Shown one piece after another: positions 51,101 through 61,200 of a stretch of 64,000 nt of DNA (position 1 is the first letter of the stretch; each line of letters begins with the position of its first letter). This stretch comes from Octopus vulgaris (taxonomy: Eukaryota), in NCBI GenBank assembly GCA_951406725.2, contig OX597829.1, positions 51,522,001 through 51,586,000 of the forward strand, written 5' to 3'. Both the position numbers and the translations under genes were made by a program. The notes under the pieces were generated by a model. That model made no database searches, was not told the origin of the DNA, and saw nothing but the letters and a program-made list of their open reading frames with translations.

Positions 51101-54100
51101 TCTATGTCCTGATGTCCTTCCTGTTGCCAACCCTCACCGTTTCCAAGTAAGATATTTCCCCAAGGCCAGAGAGATTTTCCACAAACAACTGGAAATGAAC
51201 ATCACTGATAATATGACGATGTTCTTTTACAACCATCACTTGATGACGAGACAAGAGTGTGCACACACACAATGGTCTTCTTTCAGTTTTCATTTACAAA
51301 ATCCACTCACAAGGCTTTGGTCGGTCCATAGTTACATTAGAAGACACCTGCTCAGAGTATCATGTAGTGGGACTGAACCTGAAACCCTGCAGCTGGGAAG
51401 CAAGTTTCTTACCACACAGCCACGCCTACGCCAATGTTTACTACATCAACTGGTGCTGATAGAGCCACCTCTATTTTGTTATCATCAAAGAAAGATGAAG
51501 GCAATTAGACTAATAAATAATACAACATGACTGGCTTTTTATCTTGTACAAACAGTAGAGACAAATAACATTAACAACTCCTTCAATTTTGAATATTATT
51601 TCTGAATCTGGAACTACTGTAGCCAAGGCAACTGAAGAAACACAAGAGATTCATTCATTGGCTCAATGAGAGAACCACCACGGCCAAAACAAAGGCTGAT
51701 TTGATGCTGACTTATTTGACACCACCTCTTTTTACGTTGCTCTCATTCTCTCTCTCTGTTTACGTGTGTGAGGCCGTTTCCTTTTATGTGTCTGAAGAAA
51801 GGGAAAAGTGCTTAATGTCTGTCTCACTATCTGTATGTGTATATTTCTGAGTGAGTGTGTTTGCCTCAGTGTTAGAAAAAGCCGTTGCCAAATCAGGTTG
51901 AAAACATCCAGTCAGCCATGCCAAATCATAAGTGTCCAATCCTCTTGTTCTGAACTAAAACTATTAAGGTAGCTTATAAACTAAACATAAATTATTAAAG
52001 AGTGGTGATGAGAGAGAGAGAGAGAGAGATGTGAAGGAAAGAGAAATGGAAAAAAGTTATAAAATATTGGTTTCAAACTTTGGCACGAAGCCAACGATTT
52101 CTAGGAAGGGAATAAGTTGACCCTAGTGCTCAACTGGTACTTGTTGTATCCAGAAGAAATGCCACCAAGCATTTTGTCCAGCATGGTAACAACAATCCTG
52201 CCAGCTTTGCTGCCTCAAAAGTTATAAAATACATAAGGAATTGGTTAGAAGAAAAAAAGAAAGAGAAGTGTAACTTACTTGAGAGTAATTTGGATTTGTG
52301 CACTTTCCATTTGTAGAACCTCATCCAGGTAGCCAGTTCTGTGAATAAATAAACAAATAGATAAAAAAACAAAAAAATCATACTTCTTCAGAAATCAATG
52401 CTAGCCACTGCATCACTACCACCATCCTCCTCATCATCATTTGATATTCACTTTTCCATGCTTGCATAGATTGGATGGAATTTGCTGAAGCAGATTTCCT
52501 TAAGCCTCCCTGTCACCAATCCTTGTTTCCAAGGAAGGTAATATTTCCTGATGACCTGACATGGAAAACTGGAAGTGAATAACACTGATTGCTTGTATGA
52601 TGGTGAAGCTCATTTGTAACCATCATAGGATGTGTAGACAAGGTCATATATACAGACACACACAGACTTCCACACAATATCTGTCTACCAAATGCATTTA
52701 GAAGGCTTTGGTTGGCCCAGGGCTATAGCAGAAAACATTTATCCAAGATATCATACATTGGAACTGAACCTAAGACCACATGGTTGTAAAGCAAGCTTCT
52801 TATGCACACAGCTATGCCTGTACCAGTATGGTCTTATAATTTCAGCAATATAGGGATAGGGTATGACTGTGGTTATAACGTTTGCTTCACAATCACACAG
52901 TCTTAAGTTCAATCCCACAGCGTGATATCTTGGGCAAGTGTTTTTTTTTTCCTTTTTTACTCTTGTCTCATTTTAACTAATACTTAGTTACTGGAAAAAG
53001 AAACTGCAAGGAAGCTTGTTGCGTGCAAGTGCTTGTTGCGTGCACGCATATCAACGCCAATTCTACATAATGTCATTAGCACCGTCCGAGTGAAAAGCAG
53101 TGACAATTGTTTACATTTTCTGCTGACCTAATGTTACATAGTTCGGCAGATGTGTGTAACAACCAGTGGAATAAAAAAAACCAAAAAAACCTTACTTAAA
53201 AAAGCATGTAAGGGTTGGTGAAGAGCCACAGAGAATCTACCTCAATAAGTTTTGTCTAACTCATTAGCAGCAGGGAAAAGCAGACATAAAAGAACCAATG
53301 ATAATGACGACAATGCTAAACGACAATACATCAGGCTTTCTGATAAATACCTTTTGTAACCTTGCATTTATCTTTTTGCTATCATTCTTCGGTTGAAATA
53401 CATTGCCTTTGTTTCAATTACTTTTGAAGATAATGAAGAATTTAGTGAAATAACTTATTAAACTGGTGTTTTGGAACATTAATTAACATGAAATTTCAAT
53501 TGAAGATTTTAATTTAAACCACTTTAAAACAGCAAGTCTTATTACCATAGAACCAGAGACGGTCTTAGGTTAATATCAAAAGGATTTGACCCTTTAGCAT
53601 TCAGATTACTCTGTCAAATGTAAAGCCTGTTTAATTACATTGTTTTAAATTAAATTGTACAGCATCTTGTAACTCTGAGATTTTGATGATGTCCCTGTTT
53701 ATTTTTAGAATGACTTTGTAGGGTAGGTGTGAGAGGTCAGAGCTGGCTGGTTTGAGCATAAAACAGGAAGACAATTTTGGCCTGATATGGCCGGTATAAA
53801 CACAAAAGGGTTAAAACAGTTTCATCGTTTACTCTCTTACTTGTTTCAGTCATTTGGCTGTGGCCATGCTGGAGCACCGCCTTGTTGTGCATGAAGCACG
53901 AAGAGACTACACTGAAATACACATCTGTTGTTTGAATTTCCCCATTCCATTTAGTATTCTTTGTACTGAAATTGCACAACCAATCTCTGGAGTTCTATAT
54001 TCACTGCTCAAGTTCCATATACAATCATACACCATCAGAAAACTAATAATATGAATCATACAAGTCATTCCTCTGGAACAATAATATTGTTTTGCCATTA

Positions 54101-54400
54101 GAAAAGGGGAATTCAAAATGAGACAAGAATGGAGCAGAGGGAATGATGTGATGGCAGAGTGGTGAATGCACAAGTTCCATTGAGCCAGACATGTCACAAG
54201 GTTTACAGACCCCCAGGTAGACCCATGCAGTTGCCATGTGGTATTTGAAGGATTGGAAAAGGTCACTTGGAAGGCCTCTATGATGATGGGAAGACAATTT
54301 TGTCAAGCAATTTGGGTCAAGATGGAAAAGAATGGTGCAATCAAGACAGAATTGGTACCACCTTGTGGCCAGTGGTGTATAACACCATTTGTTTGTCTGG

Positions 54401-54445
<45 letters not shown>

Positions 54446-56837
54446 ACATCATCGTTTAGCGTCAGCTTTCCATGCTGGCATGGGTTGGATGGTTTGACTG
54501 AGGTCTGGTGAGCCAGATGGCTGCACCTGGCTCCAATCTGATTTGGCAGAGTTTCTACACCTGGATGCCCTTCCTAACACCAACCACTCCGAGAGTGTAG
54601 TAAAAAATATTACTTTGCATTTTGTGGACAATAGCGTCACATGTTTCCAAAAAGCCAATCAGTGATCAAAAGTATTCATGAGAGCAAAAGCATCAAAAGA
54701 GTGTCTGTGCAACTTAAGTAGAACAAATACTGTTTCACTTTTATAGGACATACGTTAAATGTTCATAACTGCAAGATACACAACTCACTTTCTGAGTACC
54801 ATGTTGTACCGTTCTGCTGTGCGTAGCAGTAATGGTCCTTTTATGGCTGCCAGCTTGTTCATCTCTCATCTCATGATTTTTACATGGTTGCATGAGACTT
54901 CCTTTGAGAGATCTATATACATATCAAGACACCAAATCAGCAACCCAATGCAACTATCACAAATAGCATAAGCATAAAATATGTTTGTTTGGAAGCACTA
55001 TCCACGTCCCATTACATCTTCATCATCATCTCTCTCTGTATCTTCTCCTCACCACACCTGACAGGGGTCGCCATGTATCTCCTCTACATCAGCTTCTGTC
55101 CCTTTAAACATACTCTTAACATTTTGTCACCTGGCACAATGTCCGTTCCCACATTCGAGGGGGTCATGCCTTGCAAGTTACTTGGTGAACTCACTGCTCC
55201 TGGAACCATGTAAAGTGGTTAGTGTTAGGAAGGACATCCTGCTGTAGAAATCATGCCTAAAGGGACAGTAGAGCTTGGCACAGTCTTCTCACTTGGTAGT
55301 TCCTGCCAAACTGTTTGACTTGTGCCAGCATGGAAAATGGTTGTTAAATAATTATGCTTATCATGACAATAATGGTAAATTTTCTAATCAATATTTACAC
55401 CTGTAAGGCAGGCTAATAGACACAGTTCTATCCAATTCCATGGGACTGCACCTAGAAAGTTCCTCTCCAAGGCATAAGTCTGGGCGAGGTTGCTTTATGG
55501 AAGACCAGCAGTCACCCATTCATTCCTGCCTCCCCTCTCCATGCCACTAATGTTATCCAAGGGAAAGGCAAAAGCTGACATCACAATTCATTTCTACAGC
55601 TGAGTGAACTGGATCAATGTGAAATAAAGTGTCTTACTCAAGAACACAACACACAGCCTGGTTTGGGAATTGAACTCAATACCTTGTGATTGTGAGCCCA
55701 GACATTCTAACCACTGAGCAACAAAATCATGTGAATAACAAACATTATATATATATATATATATATAAAAAAAATCATCATCATTTAACATATGTTTTCC
55801 TTGGTCCCTTGTCATCCCCTCTGTGAGGTTCAAGGTACCAAAATTAGACTAGTAATATAGATGATACTATGTGAACACATGACAAACCAGACTATAAGAT
55901 GATGTTACACAACACTGGTCACAATGTGCTTTGTATTGTTTTAGCCATCGAATGATGCCATACCCATGGTTTCAAGTTCAGTCCCACTGTGCAACATCTT
56001 GGTCAAGTGTCTTCAAAGGCTGAGCAATACTTTGTGAGTGAATATGATATGTGGATTATCTGTGAAAGCTCATTGTGTGTGTGTATGTGTGTGTGTAACT
56101 TAATCTTGTATACTGACTAATGATTGACAAAAACCTGACAACACCCAATTACCTGTCTCTGACTGAGTTATTAGAATTTCCAACTGCAAGAGAAATATCT
56201 CTTTCAAACCTTGCCAGCACGGAAGGCGGATGTTAAACAATGATGATGATGATGATGATGATGATGACCCCCACCATGCCAGCATGGGGTGGACAGTTTG
56301 ACAGAAGTTGGAGAGCTGCGCAAAACTCTGATTTTCTGTTTAGGCATGGTTTCTACGGCTCCTAACACCAATCACTTTACAGAGTGTTTGAGTGCTTTTC
56401 GTGTGACACTGGTACAGGTGTCTTTCATGTGTAGCAATGGCACAGGTGTCTCATGCGGCAATGGCACAGGTGCTTTTACACAGCACCAGCACAAGTTCTT
56501 TTTACATGGCATGGTCACAGGTGCTTTTTATGTATTACTAGCCCCAGTGGTTACTCCCATGCCCCACAAAATAATTCTTTAATATATATATATATATATA
56601 TATATCGTTTTGAGATTTGGTTTGCAAGATTCTTTATATGAGTTCGTGTGTTGAATCATATTCAGTTGTGTCTGGGGAGAGTCATTTTCTTTTTGTGCTT
56701 TATAATGTAACACATTCACCGGTAAAATTTCCACTTATTTCTTATTTTTATTTTAATAAGAAATGAGTGGAAATTTTACCAGTGAGTGTGTTACATTATA
56801 AGGCACAAAAAGAAAATGACTCTGCCCAGACACAACA

Positions 56838-56882
<45 letters not shown>

Positions 56883-58214
56883 CCTTCGAAATGTGGAGTA
56901 GATGAAACAGGGACAACTGATGATGGGGAATATTCTTTTATGTTGCATGTCTCGTTTCTGTGTTTGTTTTTTTTCGTTGTTCGAAAAAAAAGTTTGTTTC
57001 CTATGTTTTTTGTTTTTGTTTCTCATTGTGTTCAAGGTTTTTTTGATGTCCTGTACCCATATATGCATGTATATATACATATGTAGGTATGTACATATAT
57101 GTATGTATATATGCATTATATTATATATATATATATATAAACATAGTCCCCCAGCTTTTTACTTACCATATCTATATTTGTGTATAATATGCATTTATGA
57201 ATAAAGTGCACCCCGCCCCTAATCATGAACAATGAAATTTTTTGGGGGGGAAAGTCTCTTGTGAATATATACTGATTATAGCATTACAATGTATGGAATA
57301 AATTCTGTTATGAAATAAATTGTAAACACTCATACAAACTAAACAAAGAGCAATTTAGAAAATGACCACTGGACTTGTGCTGGTACAGGCCATAAAAGTA
57401 TACCCGCTATAAGGTCAATATTGTGGAAATCACATAATTATGAAGGGTTTTTTGTTTTGTCTTTTTTTTTTCAAATAGAAAATCAATTTCATTTTGTTAC
57501 AACAAAGAGTATAGTTTTAGCCAGTTGTTTTTATCTAGAGTCGACTGGAGATTTTGTTGCTAAAATTTATGTGCAATAAATTGGTTATACTGCTACAACA
57601 AAATGTTTTAATCTTTCTTACAATTTCTAATAATATTTAATTATGAAAATACAGTAGGTTCCTTTTTATATACATCAAATGCGTATGACGGTCCAGTAGA
57701 GTAAAATAGGAATAAAAGGGGGTCCATAGGCAAAAAATAGTTGGGAATCACTGGTTTAAACAGAATTTATAAAAAGCTTAACTTTTTCCTGTTATGCATA
57801 TATATATATATATATATATATAGTGCTTGAGGAGACCTATTGAGTCAAGTACATCAACATCAAAAAATCAAACGGAAATTGTAGTTGTGATACCTGTGCC
57901 GGTGGCATGTAAAAAGCACCAGCCGAACGTGGTCGATGCCAGCGCCGCTTTGACTGGCTTCCGTGCCAGTGGCACGTAAAAAGCACCAACTGATCGTAGC
58001 TGTTGCTAGCCTCCCCTGGCATCTGTGCCAGTGGCATGTAAAAAGCACCCACTACACTCACGGAGTGGTTGGCGCTAGTAAGGGCATCCAGCTGTAGAAA
58101 CACTGCCAGATCAGACTGGAGCCTGGTGCAGCCTCCTGGCTTCTCAGACCCCAGTTGAACCATTCAATCCATGCTAGCAAGGAAAATGGATGTTAAACAA
58201 TGATGATGATGATG

Positions 58215-58267
<53 letters not shown>

Positions 58268-61200
58268 GAGTGGCTGTGTGGTAAGTAGCTTGCTAACCAA
58301 CCACATGGTTGTGGGTTCAGTCCCACTGTGTGGCATCTTGGGCAAGTGTCTTCTACTATAGCCCCGGGCCGACCAATGCCTTGTGAGTGGATTTGGTAGA
58401 GAGAAACTGAAAGAAGCCTGTCATATATATAAGTGTGTGTGTATATGTTTGTGTGTCTGTGTTTGTCCCCCTAGCATTGCTTGACAACCGATGCTGGTGT
58501 GTTTACATCCCCGTCACTTAGCGGTTTGGCAAAAGAGACCGATAGAATAAGTACTGGGCTTCCAAAGAATAAGTCCTGGGGTCGATTTGCTCGACTAAAG
58601 GCGGTGCTCCAGCATGGTCGCAGTCAAATGACTGAAACAAGTAAAAGAGTATATATATATATATATATTTAAAGACAACAACAAAGCAGTCTCCAGATTT
58701 TTGTTCTGTACAATAAACCTATTTGAAATCATACCATTTGAAACAAAAATATAAAGCAAAAACATTAATAAATCGAAACACAGCATTTTAAATATTCATA
58801 GGTGCAGGTATGGCTGTGTGTGGTAAGAAGTTTGCTTGTCAACCATATGATTCTGGGTTCAGTCCCATTTGCCACACAGTAGAACCGAACCCAGAACCAT
58901 ATGGTTGGGAAGCAAACTTCTTACCACAAAGTCATGTCTGAACCTATAATATATTATATCTGCTCCTTAATGTATGATTACCATCGTAGGAAAGAGCAAC
59001 ATTGTTATAGTACTTCAACTGTCTTTGTTACTCATTAGTCAGTTTTGAATAATAAATCTACAGTATTAGCAAAATATCCATCACTGTTTTTAAAATAGTA
59101 AACACTTGAAAACATATGCTTGCAAATATGTCACCAAAAGTTAACAATTTTCACTAAAAATATTAGTAAAGCTGTGAGTAAAATAATAAAATCTATTAAA
59201 AATTACTTGTTCATTCAAACACTAAAATGTTGGTAAAGAAAGTAAGAACAAAAAGCAAATTACCGTTTTACTGAAGCTTCAAAGACACCACTATCTCCGG
59301 TAACAGACTCATCACTGACTGCTGCAGAAACACTGCTTGTATTTACACCAGAAAGATTGTTACAGACACCCGAGCTGGTTTCACTAATAGGGCTTAAAGG
59401 TGGGTTAGATGCAATGTCTGTATTATCTACATATGCTGATTGTGTGGTTCCTGCCATTACAACAGAAGGGTGCGTAGCTACTTGTTTGCAGATGGTACTT
59501 CCTTGTAATGTGTTGGTTACACAATCTGAGTCCACAGAATGTAGCATGTGTGGAGGGAGTTGATAAGGTGATGCAGTTTGGGTTGTGACACTTGTGTTAT
59601 TCACCAGCAGCGGTAAAAAGTTAGCACTTTCATTTAGTTGAACAGTCTTTGTTACTGGGTCAGCTGCTCCTCCCATGGCAAGGGACGAGGTAGCACCGGC
59701 CACACGTTTCTGGCGTTCCACAGCATTCATGTGCTCTTCATAAGAAGGTGGTGGACCAATATCGTAGGGTGAAGTTGGTGGAGATAATGAAGAATATGAT
59801 GAATGTGGTGACAAAGATGAAGGTTCACTCCCAACAACGGCAGTCTGATTTCCACCGGTTCCAACTTTCCGTGATGGGAATGGATGAGAAGAAGAAGAGC
59901 ATGCCCCATAGTTAACCCCACTTGCAACTGGTTGGGAGGATAAGGTTGTGTCAGAGTTGGAAGCCCCTCCAATAGCTGCAGTAGCTATATTTAGATCTTT
60001 ATCTAGAAGACCAGGTGAAATACTGTGACCTCTCAATCTTTGACCAACACAGCGATGAAGATCCTGCAAACTTTCATTGCTCAGTTGAGGTTGAATATAA
60101 ATGTCTGTCATACTGGTTGATGCTAAAGATCCATGACTACTGGCAGATAGAGACCCTAAGGAACCAAGTGAACCCAAACTTGAGCCAGATGAGATTGACA
60201 GCTGACTTGTTGAAGTGCTGTAAAAGACAAAAAAAGAAAGAAAGTTTTCTTTAATGAATATTCTTCATGAATGCTTGGAAACAAATGAATTTCACAATTC
60301 TATAATTATATACTTCTAAATTGAAATATTGAATGCTTATATAAATGCAGAGTCACTCTGGTTAAAATACTTAACTGAAGACATAATATTATAACTATAA
60401 AATTATTTCTAAAGATAACAAATTACTTTCAAATTAAAAAACATTAAAGTTATTTTACAAATGATTTATTTTCAGCTATCCTTTAGCAAAGAAAGATTTT
60501 AAAAAAGCATCATCTAACTTCCATACATTGAGGGAACCTTCCAATTCTTAAAAAGACAAAACAATTCTATTTTACTAAGGACAAAACTTGTTTAAAAAAA
60601 CAAAACCAAATCTAAAGAATAATCAGGTAAAATCCAGAATCTAAAGCTTTGACAATTCAACACAATTTCTTGAAAAAAAAAAAAGAATTAACTCTTTAGC
60701 AATATTCTGTGCTTGTCCTATGTAAGATTGATTTCTCTCAGTTCATCTTCAGCTATTCTACACTTTGGTATGCTTCAACCATCCAAATTCTTATTTTCTA
60801 GATGACGTCCATCTTGATGCACCTTTTGGTAACCTGTTCTTGTCAGATGATTCAGCTGCCATCCCATCCTCACAGGATGGCATCTGAACCATCTGAGCTA
60901 TCAATGCTTTATTCAAAAGGCCACACTATAGCAACCAATTTTGCAATACAATTCATTATACTTGGTTTGGGCCAGAAGGTGCAGCAGATTTTCGTCAGAA
61001 AACCATTGTAGAAAGCATTGATCATAGTTTTGTCTCCTTTTATCACACACCACTGTTCTGAGCCATACATTAGAACAAATTTGACATTGGTGTTACAAAA
61101 GATCATAAGACTATATTGCCTAAACTTCTAGGTCAACAGAAATCTTGCAAAACTCTACGAGCTTTGGTTGAGCCTTGCTCAGATATTCTCTTTTGCTCCA

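Noticed and set aside
56880-56935. Possible type-II hammerhead (ccttcGAAA..GTA..CTGATGA.gggg) in another TA-flanked insert
   Set aside because: The core words are present, but stem I does not pair and stems II/III are weak. It is worth rechecking on a family consensus.
57163-57200. Strong minus-strand GTAAGT donor suggesting another exon
   Set aside because: There is no convincing acceptor or Kibra-like peptide, and the reading frame already joins 59264 to 52338.
57370-57753. Possible hAT element ending gttgggaatcactg
   Set aside because: Only one terminus is recognisable, with no matching TIR or TSD found.
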